A stretch of DNA of 64,000 bases from Octopus vulgaris (GCA_951406725.2 OX597817.1:130200001-130264000), one strand, 5' to 3'. Numbered from the stretch's first letter, positions 47,736-62,146 are shown. Translations and numbers: made by a program. Notes: generated from the sequence alone by a model not told the origin.

Positions 47736-48401
47736 GGGTGAAAAATTGAATATTAATTTGATTAATATCAATTTAAAACCAGTGGCCTAGCATTTTGAAA
47801 AATCTGAAGATTCAGAAAAATTATATTACATATATAGGAGGGATGACTACTAAGTGGACATCCATTATGCTAGATGTTGATCCCTTATGGTCTCACCAAT
47901 AAGAAAAGATTGTTCTCAAGAAAATTCAGCAAACCCCAGAACGTAAGCGAGCAAGACAAATGAAAAGATACAAAATATAAAGATTAATCACAAACCCGAT
48001 TTCATTGTTACCATTTACGTAATAATTACGTAAATGTCCGCAATTCATCAATGTGATCGTCTTAACAAAATATAAATTGCATAACTATACACGAGACGTC
48101 CACATGGGATTGAACATGCATATAGTTCTACCAATTACATTTGGGGTTATATTTCAAAAGTCTTCGTTTTGGCACGCCAAAATAATTCTCTGCAGTGAAT
48201 TTTGCCGGTTAGAGAACATGGTTATTTAGATTTAAATAATAAGGGTGAAAAATTGAATGATAATTTAATTAATATCAATTTAAAACCAGTGGCCTAGCAT
48301 TTTGAAAAATCTGAAGATTTCTTGAGAACAATCTTCTTATTGGTCAGACCATATGGGATCTACATCTAGCATAATGGATGTCCAATTAGTGGTCGTCCCT
48401 C
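47733..48401. mobile_element. Penelope-pLTR-like module with direct and inverted partial duplications
   Basis: Direct repeat 47734-47811 / 48241-48319; inverted repeat about 47838-47923 / 48318-48401; bounded by (TA)n. Confidence 0.65.
47986..48058 (-). ncRNA. type I hammerhead motif, core C3>U
   Basis: Minus: GATCACA-TTGATGA-ATTG..CATTTACGTAA tta TTACGTAAATG..CAAT-GAAA-TCGGG-TT-TGTGATT; 7-bp helix I and an 11-bp perfect stem II extension. Confidence 0.65.
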
Positions 48402-48654
48402 TCTCTCTATATATATATATATATATATTCATACATACGTACACATACACATTTTCACACACCTCGATACCTCAACCCACATCCACTAAACCATAAATTA
48501 AAATATATGTCTGCCCATCCAAAGACGTATATATACATACACAAATAGTAAACAGAAGTTACTGTTAATTTAGATATAAGTTCATTAATTATAAATTAAA
48601 TTAATTATAGATTAGTAAGTGCCAAATAAACAAAAATAAATAATTAAATAAATA

Positions 48655-48691
<37 letters not shown>

Positions 48692-49373
48692 ATGTATAGA
48701 TAAATGGATAATTAAAATGGAACACAAATTAAGGAGGGCACAAAGATAAACCTAATATAGTAAGTATAAGTGGATACGCCGGAATGCACCCACATGCACA
48801 TACATGTGCATGCACACCCCCGCACGGACACGCGAATTCATGGCCGGGCACACCCGCACACGTCCCTCTCGCACACACGATCACCAAGATGCACACCAGA
48901 ACACGCGTACAAGTACACGCGAATGTCCGCAAGCACAGCGCGCAAGAGTGCACACGTTGATGCACATGCGCGGACGCGCCCGCGCACGCTAGCGAGGACG
49001 CTCACTCGCACGCGTACGCGGGCGCTCAAACTCCGGTGCAGCGCCACCCGAGCCCACGCCTGTGCCGCAGAAATCCCACAACCCCCAACAAACCAAACGT
49101 AAAAAAAAAAAAACCCCACCTTATATGCTCATCGAGATAAACAATTTATAGTAATTATAGACTCTCACATATTACATATTGGTATAGCGAAAACTCAAAC
49201 TAGTGCCCTAAGATATGATGTGCATATACATATTACACCTATAAAAGACTTTAACCCTACAGTCTCTTATGTGGTCTTATGTTAACCCTACAGTCTCTTA
49301 ATAAAGTATGTGATTGAGTATTATCTGGTAATTGATATTTGATTTAGATGTATTTCTCCATTTTCTTATCTTG

Positions 49374-49404
<31 letters not shown>

Positions 49405-49539
49405 CAACAATTGAGGAATTGCCTTAATAGGCCATTCGACCCACTAGAAAGAGCAGCCAGGACTCAAACCGCCAAGTAGTAGTAATTCAGAAATTAAAGG
49501 AAAATTTAAAAACATTTACCCTAATTCATCTTTAGACAA

Positions 49540-49655
<116 letters not shown>

Positions 49656-49950
49656 GATGTGTATGTACATGTGTTTGTATATATGCATCGGTGTATGTAT
49701 CTATGTATGTGTATATGTATATATGTATGTTTATGGGTGTGTGTATGCATGTATATACATATCTATGTATGAGCGTATGTATGTACGTATATACGTGTCT
49801 GTATGGATGTACTGATATACCTATACGATCCTGTGGATGTCTCTGTGCGTATGGATTGATAGATATATATATATATATATATATATAGGTAAACAGTAAA
49901 AATAATTACAGACATGGACAAGAACATGAAACGCCACAGAGACGACACAA

Positions 49951-50004
<54 letters not shown>

Positions 50005-50072
50005 GCATGTGTTATATATATATATATATATATATATACATACATACATACATACATACATACATACATACA

Positions 50073-50107
<35 letters not shown>

Positions 50108-50483
50108 GTGTGTGTGTGTGTGTGAGTATTTGTGAAGGTGTTTCTGTGAGACTGTGTGTGTGTGCGTCTATTTGTCTGTCTACGTCCCCATGAGTATGTA
50201 TACGTTTATCTTTTACTGTTCCTACTTCTATTTCTTTCCCACTGCCGAAACGCACTAAGATCATAAATTAGGTCTCTCCACAACATACATCATTAACCTC
50301 TTCATCGTTTGACTCCTGACAGTTGTCTAGTTATCTATATAATAGATCTATTCATTTTAAGTTGTCGCAGACTAATGTCGCTGTGTGGTCAAATACATCG
50401 TCTTCCATCGGACGAATTTTGGTAACAATGGTTCTGTTTGTGCTGACCGACACACCGCCAACATACGACTGGATGAAACGTTT

Positions 50484-50744
50484 GTATGTATGTATGTATG
50501 TATGTATGTATGTATGTATGTATGTATGTATGTATGTATGTATGTATGTATGTATGTATGTATGTATGTATGTATGTATGTATGTATGCATGTATGTATG
50601 TATTTATGTATGCATGTGTATGTATGTATGTATGTATGTGTGTATGTATGTATGTATGTATGTATGTATGTATGTATGTATGTATGTATGTGTGTATGTA
50701 TGTATGTATGTATATATGTATGTATGTATGTATGTATGTGTGTG

Positions 50745-50776
<32 letters not shown>

Positions 50777-50832
50777 TGTATGTATGTATGTATGTATGTA
50801 TGTATGTATGTATGTATGCATGTATGTATGTA
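50484..50832. repeat. (TATG)n microsatellite
   Basis: Directly visible. Confidence 0.95.
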
Positions 50833-52916
50833 TCAGGGTATAATAAGGATAATTTCTCGTCTCAGAAATTGAGATAAGAATTGAAGGTGAATTAGTTGGA
50901 AATTAATTAAGTTAGAATCGTGCAAATTGATTCCATTTAGACCGAATTGTTCCAATTACTTTTGCTGTAGGTAGCTAATTAGGAAAGTAGATAGGAACAC
51001 TTAATTAGATTAGTGCTAAGAAAGACTGTTATTTCAATAGGTTATAGTTAATAGGAAATTACTATAAATGTGTTTCTGAAGAGATATTAGCATCAACATC
51101 ATTAGTAGTAGTAGTAGCAGCAGAAGCAGCATATATAGTTGTAGTAGTAGTGGTGGTGATGGTGGTGGTGGTGGTGGTGGTGGTGGTGGTGGTGGTTAGT
51201 GTTGTCGTTGTTGTCGTTGCTGCTGTTGCAGTCGTATATGAATCATTGAATGAACTTGATGTAAAAATGCGTTGCTAATTGTAAGAGTATTAGCAGGGCG
51301 AAATGTAGTGTGAAACGGTTTATTTGTGATTGAAAATTATAAATAACATAATTAAATTTTCTAAATCTAGTTAGATAATTATAAATATTTGATTTAAAAC
51401 TATCAATAGATATAAATTTGTATGGATAAGTATAGGTTTCAAGCATTTGTGTATGCAGCAAGTAATCGTTTCATGGTGTTCATTAAGAATGGCTTCTTTG
51501 GTAAAATGGCTATTCTTCCAGTTGCTTGTAAATTACAATTCCTGTTTTACTTGCATGGGCGCTTTAATTTAGATTAAATTAAATTCCTATTTTCTAAGTC
51601 TCATATGCAACGGATATCTTTTTTCTTTCTTTTTTTTTTTTGTTTGGTGTGGTTTCTAAATGTGTGAACATGGATATTATGTCGTACTTTAACTGTCGTA
51701 CCGGAAAGCCGATATAGGCATGTAATGAATCATTACGTCTTATATTGCTTTCATAAATTATATCGTTAGCTAGACACTTAGGTGCTAAGGAAGAGGTGCA
51801 AAGACAAGTGTTTTCTTGAAATCCACTTCTAGCAAGAGTTATAGTATTGTAAAGTGCAACTTCTGTAAATATTTACTTATTAGCTGATAGACCAGGAAGT
51901 CTGTGTGAGATGTTTCGTTCAAGATTATAAATAATGTTCTTAGGGTGATTCAAGAGTTTATGTATATAGTTCAAATATTTAATTGGTTTTCCGAAAGTTA
52001 GTAGAATTAATATATTTGTTAAAGATTATAGGACCTTGGTTGGAATTTTTATTAAAATACAGTATTTTCTCATTAACTTTACAATAGGAGCAGTATTTAA
52101 TAGTTCCTAAATGTAAAGCCTTACCTCTGAAATTAGATACACTCGGACGCGTATCCTTTGTAATCACGAAATCTAACGCTCTGACTCTGATGATAACACC
52201 CTTCCTCGAGACACCATTCTAGCATAATGATTGATAAACAATGAACTCTGCACAGCGGAATCTTCTCCGTTGTGAGTATTTCGTGTACATCCTTATAAAT
52301 TCAAAAACTTCAGCGTCGTTGAGCGTAGCGATAGTTACCTCAATCCTCGATCATTAACGTTTAAGCCATATGTTTATGGTACTACAGACAAAGACCAACA
52401 GTCTGTGATAAACCATAAAAGAAAGAAGGACATGAGAAAGAACCAAGAATGGCAACAAAAGAATGAGAATAAGAGAAAAGGAAAAAGAGAGAGAGAGAGG
52501 AGGAGGAGGAAGAAGAAATAGGGTGCGACAGTTAATAGAGAGTCACCCAACTTGGTCCAGCAATAAAACCTCATATTAAATCACTATACGAATAGAAACG
52601 TGGATAGCTTTAGAATATCAATTCGTTTGTTCATATCCAACTAACACACTTACACACATACACAAACTGGCAGAGTTGTTAGACCATCGGATAGAATACC
52701 ATGTAGTGTTTATTCCGATTCTTTCCGTTCTGAGATCACCTTTACTTCTCCGTCTTTCGGGCTCGATAAAACTAGTGCCAATCCTTGTAAGGAAGGACTG
52801 TAAGACTGTCGCATTGTTTGCATTGCAGGGTTTGTTCAGGCTCTTTGCATTCTGAGTTCAAATTCCGTTTGGTCTATTTGGATGCTAGACTTATCCCGTC
52901 CTTCGTTTTAACACTA

Positions 52917-53121
52917 CAAGGGGGTACTGAAAAGTTTCTGGCTTTAGGTAAAAAAAAATACAGTAATATCGGATAATTATGATTTTATTCAACATAATCC
53001 TTTCTCAGATTCACATACTTATTCAGCTTTTCTAAGCCCTGTAAAAGAACTGGGAAGGTTGGGCTTTCAACCAGGACTTCCGCGATACTCTTAAGGCCAG
53101 GAACTTTACAGCACCCGCTCG
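52917..53121. mobile_element. mariner-type MITE, second copy
   Basis: Colinear with 40455-40670; TA flanks. Confidence 0.85.
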
Positions 53122-53794
53122 TATAAGTTAGCAACTTGGTTGTTCACTATAATGGAAGTATTTAACTCGGGTCTCTAGTTTATGAATAACTTCCTCCATC
53201 CCTTCCAACAATCTCGGAGGTCCTCTAAAAGATCATGGATACTTTTCATTTAATTAAAAGATGAAATAAAACAATATCTGCTATCCACACAGGCATGTAT
53301 GTATGTATGTATGTATGTATGTATGTATGTATGTATGTATGTATGTATGTATGTATGTATGTATGTGTGTATGTATGTATGTATGTATGTATGTATGTAT
53401 GTATGTATGTATGTATGTATGTATGTATGTATGTATGTATGTGTGTATGTATGTATGTATGTATGTATGTATGTATGTATGTATGTATGTATGTCTCTTC
53501 CCATTTAAATTAAATTCTTCCTTTGAGGAATGAGCTGGTTTCTGCCCCATCGTTGTAGTGTAGATAACGAAAACAATATTACATTTTAAACTTGAGAAAA
53601 ATCTTGCATGTTTTTACTGTTCCACTTACAGATTCTAAGTAGTTGATTGGCTGATATTTTCTTTTTCAGAAAATCCAATTTTATTCAGACTGTCAGTTAG
53701 GGTGTGTAAGTATGTATGTATGTATGTATGTATGTATGTATGTATGTATGTATGTATGTATGTATGTATGTATGCATGCATGCATGTATGTACG

Positions 53795-54143
53795 TATGTC
53801 ATTATTCAGTTTTATTTCAAGAATTCTTGCCAATAAAGAGCCGGTTTCTAACCTAGATCCAAGGCTCCTTCATTGGAATTTCAACATCAGTAACAGGGTA
53901 TTTTTGTTTTTATGTATATGTGCAGATTTGTGTGCTTTGTTTTATGTGTGCATTCTCATGCATATAGCTGCAGGTCTAGACATGCTCATATATAATTAAA
54001 TGATAAACTTCTGGAAAGTTCTACAGATTTTTACAGTTCCAGTGATGGATTAGATCTGTATTCTTCGAATTAGCTTTCTCCCTTCTGGTTTTGATAAACT
54101 TAATTTCTCAAGATTGTTATTTAGTTAGTGTGTTACGTATCCC
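53795..54143 (-). mobile_element. RLE retrotransposon 3' end inserted within (TATG)n
   Basis: Reverse complement of 1-410; (TATG)n immediately on both sides (53711-53798 and 54144-54200). Confidence 0.8.
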
Positions 54144-54281
54144 GTATGTATGTATGTATGTATGTATGTATGTATGTACGTGCGTATGTATGTATGTATA
54201 TGGAATGTGTTGTGGGTGTATTTGTTCAAATAACTTTACTCTCTACTTTCTTCGTCATCTAAACGTGTATGTGTATGTATG

Positions 54282-54320
<39 letters not shown>

Positions 54321-54456
54321 CTGTGATAAGACTGTGCATCATCATTAAGGAACTTTGGAAAACTGTTTACAACCTATATCTGCCTCTAATGGAACTATCT
54401 CCAATATCTCATGAGTATAACCTCACCCACTAAGATGTCTAGAGAACTCAAATGTA

Positions 54457-54547
54457 TTTTAGCTGATGAGTACGGGACACTTTTATCTGCTGCAATTTTT
54501 GCAACTTGTAATAAAGCCTGTCTTTGTATGAAACAATTGTACTAAAA
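54457..54547 (+). ncRNA. type I hammerhead ribozyme, fully canonical core, long stem II
   Basis: TTTTAG-CTGATGA-GTACGGGACA...TGTCTTTGTAT-GAAA-C aatt G-TA-CTAAAA; predicted cleavage after 54541. Confidence 0.8.
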
Positions 54548-54575
54548 ACCAATCCATTCTTGTTGCTTCTTTCTC

Positions 54576-54612
<37 letters not shown>

Positions 54613-54685
54613 GCGTGGGAGGTGTTTATAAGCCATTTAAGAAACACACAAAAGCCGTTCGATTCACTCCAACATTTAAGTTTAA

Positions 54686-54735
54686 TTTGTCAAAATATTT
54701 TCGTCGCTAAAATCCGCGACCTGTTCACTGACAAA
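54686..54735 (-). ncRNA. mirror copy of the G3:C8 hammerhead
   Basis: Left arm of the palindrome. Confidence 0.7.
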
Positions 54736-54755
54736 GTCCGTGCTGCATCACGGAC

Positions 54756-54805
54756 TTTGTCAGTGAACAGGTCGCGGATTTTAGCGACGAAAATATTTTG
54801 ACAAA
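54756..54805 (+). ncRNA. minimal hammerhead ribozyme with compensatory G3:C8 core
   Basis: TTTGTCA-GTGAACA-G-GTCGC ggatttta GCGAC-GAAA-ATAT-TT-TGACAAA. Confidence 0.7.
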
Positions 54806-54942
54806 TTAAACTTAAATGTTGGAGTGAATCGAACGGCTTTTGTGTGTTTCTTAAATGGCTTATAAACACCTCCCACGCTGCAATTGTTTTCGTTTCAGCA
54901 CACGATCTCAGATCAAATTACTTGCTATGCGAGTACATCTCC

Positions 54943-54995
<53 letters not shown>

Positions 54996-56559
54996 TATGT
55001 ACATAGTTATGTGTGGGTATGTGTATAAATGTGCATATATGTATGTGTGTATGCATGCATAAATATATTAACGAAGGTTACGATTCCACATTTAATAATC
55101 TTATTTTTAGCCTCGTTGTGAACCTAAACCTCGCGATGAATCCACAGTGCTCTCGGCAGGAAGAGGATGAGAGATAAATCCACTAACGAGTAGTTTTAGA
55201 TTTTCGTTAAAGTAATCGTCTGATTCAATACGTCACCCTTATATGCTTATTACAACTAAAAGAACACACAAGAGCACACCAGAGAAAACTAACTTATACT
55301 GAATTCATTCCTCGCTTTTCGTCTGCTAAAATCCCCGTGGTTTAAATATGAAGCTAATTTTCACAACAGGGCTAAAAATAAATCTATTCGAAAATTAAAA
55401 AAATTGTAACCTTGGTAACATTTTCGGTCTCATAAATGCTATGTCAGTGATCTATTTAATTAATACGCACGGCCAACTTTGTACAGCTATATAAATAAGG
55501 TATGGTTTATTCTGATTATGTTTACATTATAAGGGTAGGCCATATATTACCTATATGTAGCCAGTAGCTACTTTTCTCCCAGCAGGCAGGGCTGAGTAAG
55601 CGAATCCTGACGATGACTTCAATGAAAGGGTCTATTTAATCATGGTGCTTATTTTCATAGTGAGGCTAAAAATAAGTTTATTAAACATATAACTGTAATT
55701 TTGGTTACAATTTTCATCTCATAAACGCTCTGTCGGTGTTCTAGCTACACACAGACACATACATACACACAGATACACTAAGACACTTACCCACATATGT
55801 ACATACGCATGTATGTATGTATGTATGTATGTTTGTATGTATGTATGTATGTATGTATGTATGCATGCATGTATGTATGTATGTATGTATGTATGTATGC
55901 ATGTATGTATGTATGTATGCATGCATGTACGAACACATTGTCGACTCAGTTAAATTGCATCTTGGGTAATTGCATAATTAGGTCAATATCTTAAGTTTTC
56001 AAAGCACCGAACTCTTTAACATCAAATCTTGATAAAATCCAACGGTTAATTGTATAAGAAAATAAAATTGATTTCTGTTAATTGCATAAAATATTTCCTC
56101 TGATCGATTTTCAATAATAAAATTGACCAAACTTTGTACTAAATCAGTATTTATTTAATTCGATGTGAATAAAATGATTCTGCTAGCGTCCGTTTCATAA
56201 GTTAAAATTGTCAGCAAATTATTGTAAACTTTCCAATAAAATTACTGTCGACATTCAAACTATGCTGTTTATATTTTCAATTGTTGACAATTTTATCTGA
56301 AAATTCATTAGAGATCAAATTTCTAAAAAGATAATTTTAACCAATGTTATGATTGGACACCATTTTCTTTATTCTCATTCTGAATTACATTAGACTGCAG
56401 CTGGCCCAATTAAATTTTCCGATATTTTGTTAGTTGTTTGAGTTGAGTAACTAATTAAAAGAAATTAACAGCATGTGTTTAAGTAACTGATATTTTAAAT
56501 CAAATACATTTTATAACTAAAAGTATTTTTAAATTAAGGAATAAAAAACGAAACCTGAA

Positions 56560-56873
56560 GCACAGGCATGGCTGTTCCCACTGAACAGCACCTTTGGCAA
56601 GTGTCTTCTACTATGGCTTCGGACCGGTCAATGCTTTGCGATAGAATTTGATCGAATGAAACTATGCGAAAACCCATTGCATATGTGTGTGCGTGTGTCC
56701 TCTCACCGCTTGACAACAAATGTGTAATCTTGCAGTTCGCCACAAGTGATTGTTAGAATAAGTACCAGACTTTAAAAATAACGAGTATTCGTGTCAGTAT
56801 ATTCGGTCAAATCCTTCAAGACGGTGCCTAGGCATGGCCGCAGCCCATTGACTGAAAAGATATAAAATAAAAA
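56560..56873 (+). mobile_element. SINE family C, internally deleted and decayed
   Basis: Matches the 34455-34842 body and its 3' end ACGGTGCCTAGGCATGGCCGCAG. Confidence 0.65.
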
Positions 56874-56964
56874 AGGGTCAAGTGAAACGATATCATACCG
56901 ATGCACATAAAAATAGTTTTGTGTTAGTGGAACCGTAAGTAAAAGATATATTTTTTAATTCTAA

Positions 56965-57371
56965 TCTCTCTATATATAAACGGCAGTTTGTCTGTCTGTG
57001 TGTCTGTGTGGCTGTCAGGTTGTACCCTCACCCTGACCACGGCTTTCAACCGATTCTGATGAAACTTGACTCACACATAGCCCAATGTCATAATTCAAAA
57101 CTAACGCAGCGAAAACTTTGAAAAGCTCCCCCAGTTCTGAAAAAATCGATAAATTCGACATGGGGTCGAGAATCTAAGCTTTTTATATACAACACATTTT
57201 CTGTCGGGAGACAGCTAGGAACATCGTATACATAGAAGTATTCGAGTGAAGAGAAGACATTGCAACCTACACATGCGCCTTCGTTCCCTAGAGGGAAAGA
57301 ACTAGATTGGGATTAGTCGTTGCCTGCTAGGGGCTCTTACATACCCGGGCAACGCCGGGCTATGCTGCTAG
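56965..57371 (+). mobile_element. non-autonomous Helitron
   Basis: A|TCTCTCTATATATAAA 5' end, (GTCT)n tract, 3' hairpin CCCGG GCAACG CCGGG, CTAG|T terminus, no TSD. Confidence 0.85.
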
Positions 57372-57630
57372 TTCATTATATGATCCATATATGTGTAACA
57401 TAATGTCAGTACCCTGTTACGATACACCAAGCCAACAGTGGAGCTTCTTCGTGGTAGAAAATAGTGGGATATGGTAGGAAAAGCGTTCAAATTCTCTCAA
57501 ATCCATCCCATTCTACCATCTTGATAAAATGACATATTGATAATTTTATCACACAGTCACGTGTCTTTTCTCTTTCTGTTTTTTTTCCCTGTCTCCATAT
57601 TTTTGGGGTGGGGGGTTGTACAATTTTGAA

Positions 57631-57664
<34 letters not shown>

Positions 57665-57712
57665 CAGTATATATATACATAAACATACACACATATACAC
57701 ATACATATATAC

Positions 57713-57852
<140 letters not shown>

Positions 57853-58029
57853 GAAGGATGATCTTGAGTGGAATGCCTTTAAGTTATAGACATACACAAT
57901 TAGCAATACATTGAAGCGCGACTAACAATACATTGAAATCTTGTAATTTTCTCTCGCGTACTAATTAATGCCGTTAATTGCATACTCTGGTTATGCACAT
58001 TAAAATATCAGTTAATGGGGTTAGTACCC

Positions 58030-58620
58030 AATCATCATCATTATCATCATCATCATCATCATAATCATCATCATCATCATCATCATCGACATCATTATCA
58101 TCTTCCGGTCGGGTGACTTGCTGGGAACTATGCAACTCCTCCATGCCAGATCAAGCGACGCTGCATGAAAATGGTCCTTCGATAGTTGAAATATTTCGTG
58201 TGCGCATATCATGGCTACAAATGATAGCAGTAGTTTGATAACTGAACTGATTGAACCTAGCGGATGATATTTTGTTGATAGCTCAACCGCTCAGCATCTA
58301 GTGATATTCGCCTGTGACTCAATAAGTTTCCTTTGTCGGAACCGTTCATATCTACCATACTGCATCCCATGATTTCAATGTACGCTTACTCGGGTAAGTT
58401 ACATGCCATTTAACCATAGTAAGGACACTGACGGGTGTTTCTACTCTGGACTAAATTAGACCTGTGAACAATAGTGACCCAGAAATGTTTCCACGTGCCT
58501 CAAAATGTTGAAACTCTCAAATTCAGGCCTCACTTCCAGATGCAGTTTAAAGTTATTCACGGGACAATAATACTCAATGCCGAGAGTAAAGTATTAGAAG
58601 CTCCATGAATCATTACTCTA
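58030..58620 (-). mobile_element. probable decayed RTE-type LINE 3' end with (GAT)n tail
   Basis: Minus-strand AASLDLAWRSCIV resembles the AxDRxxWRxxV RTE C-terminus and runs directly into (ATG)n; heavily mutated, 5' limit uncertain. Confidence 0.4.
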
Positions 58621-58666
58621 AGTTTCTTAGTGTGTACGAAGATGTTTACTGAATTGCGTGTGTATG

Positions 58667-58743
<77 letters not shown>

Positions 58744-59487
58744 ATATGTATGTGTGTGTGAATACGTGAATATGTACGTATTAGACTCTAGCAACGAGAA
58801 TGGCATGTCCAGTTCAATCAACTGATGCAACTATTCATTAAATTAACGTGCAACATGGCCGAATATTCACAGACACCTTTATAATCTTAGTTCTTTGACA
58901 CTCACATTACTCTGTTACAAAATGCAATACTTGTTTATTCATATTGCTTTGAATTAATCATGCATTATTTCGTAGCTTCAAGAGTTCGATGTCGCGATTG
59001 TTTATTTTTAGAATAGCGTTATACTGTAGGTGTGAGAGTCTGAATCTAGCCTGTTTGAACATAAAACACGAAGGTAGAGCATTCGGCAGGATATGACCGG
59101 TTTAAATTCTAAAAGCTAAAAGAATTCTCAAGTAGAATCAGCATAAGACATGAGACACGGATTCGAATTATAGCAACAGTCCACCTGACGGAATGTGTAT
59201 GAGTGCTGTCTATTCAGTTTCCCGTTCAGCCTGGGGCTAAAGAAAAGGAAAATAAAATAAAAGAAATAACATTTTCCCAGACTTTCGCACATTAGGACAG
59301 AACCCGAGACCTCCTGGTTACAAACATGAAAGGTCTATGTTGGCTGTTAGTTATCGATCGTCAAACGAGACGACTGTATACTGAATATTTGTGAAATGGT
59401 GGTTATTTTAACCGTGGGAACAAGTTTGTTTCCATGGTACTCAATCAGTAACGCACTATAAATTATATGTATATACTTCCTCTCTCT

Positions 59488-59557
<70 letters not shown>

Positions 59558-59617
59558 GTATGTATGTGTATGTATATGTATAATATGTATATCTATCTAT
59601 CAATCTATCTATCTATC

Positions 59618-59679
<62 letters not shown>

Positions 59680-60002
59680 GTAGGTGTGTATTTATTGTAA
59701 CACCATTAGATCATATGTAAATGAATGTCATGTACATATATATTTACATGCAAGTGCATATATGTAGATATATGTGCAATATCATATTTGTCTGTATCTG
59801 TGTGTGTGTGTATGTGTATAGGTGATGTGATATATAGGCATTTTTTAATACTTTTTTACTGCCAATTAAATAAAGCATTGTGCGTCGATTCCTTTTAATG
59901 CTTGAAGATATTCTTTGCTCTATACATGTGTTTCTGTGTGAGTGAGTGCATGAATATGTAAGTCGATGTATGGCTATTTGTGAGTGCGCATCCTTTCATA
60001 CT

Positions 60003-60051
<49 letters not shown>

Positions 60052-60063
60052 GCATACGTATAG

Positions 60064-60094
<31 letters not shown>

Positions 60095-60095
<1 letters not shown>

Positions 60096-60382
60096 CACCG
60101 TGATCACCGTGACCGACCAGGCCATCAGATGTTACTACACATCGCTGGTCACAATGCGCTTCAACACCCCGCTGGCTAAGCGAGCAGGCCAACAGAAGAA
60201 AGAGTGGGACAAAGTTGTGGTGAAAGAGTACGGCAGGGATCGCCACCACCCTCTGCCGGAGCCTCGTGGAGCTTTAGGTGTTTTCGCTCAATAAACACTC
60301 ACAACGCCCGGTCTGGGAATCGAAAACGCCATCCTACGACCGCGAGTCCGCTGCCCTCTTCACTGGGCCATTGCGCCTCAAC
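60095..60382 (-). mobile_element. SINE family A, second copy, in (TA)n
   Basis: Reverse complement of 7445-7756 with a small internal deletion. Confidence 0.9.
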
Positions 60383-60387
60383 GTATA

Positions 60388-60420
<33 letters not shown>

Positions 60421-60440
60421 TCATACATACGTATATATGA

Positions 60441-60483
<43 letters not shown>

Positions 60484-61436
60484 TATATACACATACATAC
60501 ACATATGCACTTATGGAAATATGAATATGTCAGTGCATCGGTATGTGTATGAATTGGTCTGTGTGTGCATGTGTGTTTATGTGTATCCATGTGTGTGGGT
60601 GCGTGCGCGTGCGTATGAAGATATGTAGTGCATGTGTATGTGGGGGTGTTTGAGTGCTATTGTATGTCACTGATTATTTTCAAATGTAGCGAATATTCAA
60701 ATCATTATGTCATCTATGGAGAAATGAATGTTTCAAAGTGTGAGGAAAGAACGTCTCTCTTATTCTCTCTCTCTCTCTCTCTCTCCCTCTCCTATCTCTC
60801 CCAGTTTCCCTTTCTGTGGGTATATGTGTATGTGTGTGTTTGTGTGAGTGTATGTTGTTTGTGTGAGTCTATCTGTGTGTGTATGTATATATATATATAT
60901 ATATATAAATATATATATGTATGTATTTGGCGTGGTCTAGATATAGGTATATATGTACATTCGTATATACGTTTACATGTATATATAAATATATACACAC
61001 GAATATAAATATATATATATATGTGTCTCTGTATGTGTGTGCCTATGTGTGTGCATGTGTATGTGCGTCTATGTGAGAGAGCGAGAGAATGCGTGTGTGT
61101 GCGTGCGCTAGTGAAATAGACGAGTGAGACGAAGTCTATGCTCAATACAAAACTGTGTTCGGTTTAGTTCTTTAACAGGTTTAACAAGTTGACAAAACAG
61201 ACCAGCACCAACCCCTCCCACGAAAACCACCACCATCACCACCACCACACTCCATATTTATTAACCTCTCTCTTTGCCCCCTCCCTGTTCTTCCCTTTCT
61301 CTCTCTCGCTCTCTCTCTCTCTCTCCCTCGCTCTCTTTCTCTTTTGGGATTTTAATTATGCAACCATTTCAATATGTTTTATGACAACTCAGCTGGAGAC
61401 TTATTCACTGGTCATTTAACTATATATTGCTATGAC

Positions 61437-61809
<373 letters not shown>

Positions 61810-62146
61810 CATACATACATACATACATACATACATACATACATACATACATACATACATACATACATCATACATACATGTACATATATACATATGTGTC
61901 TGTGTGTATGTATATATAACACATATAAGTCTGTCTGTATAGAAAGAATTTGTTCTTTCCTAGAGATATATTATCCAAGCATATACCAGTTTAGCACTAT
62001 AACGATTAACGATACTGGAAAATTCTACATGTGCATTTGTACTAGTGTTTATCGTTGGTCCTTCTTCAAATTAGTACCTTACACTTCTGAAATTCCAGTT
62101 GTCGCTATAAAGATTTCCATCGTTTTCGATATAGGAGAAAAAGTTT

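Larger units (their letters stand above)
54609..54882. repeat. perfect palindrome, 134-bp arms, 6-nt spacer
   Basis: 54609-54742 is the exact reverse complement of 54749-54882 as read by eye. Confidence 0.95.

Noticed and set aside
52125-52370. Unique-looking segment ending in a minus-strand splice donor (AG|GTAAG)
   Set aside because: Stops in the frames examined and no recognisable product; could be a non-coding exon but this is unsupported.
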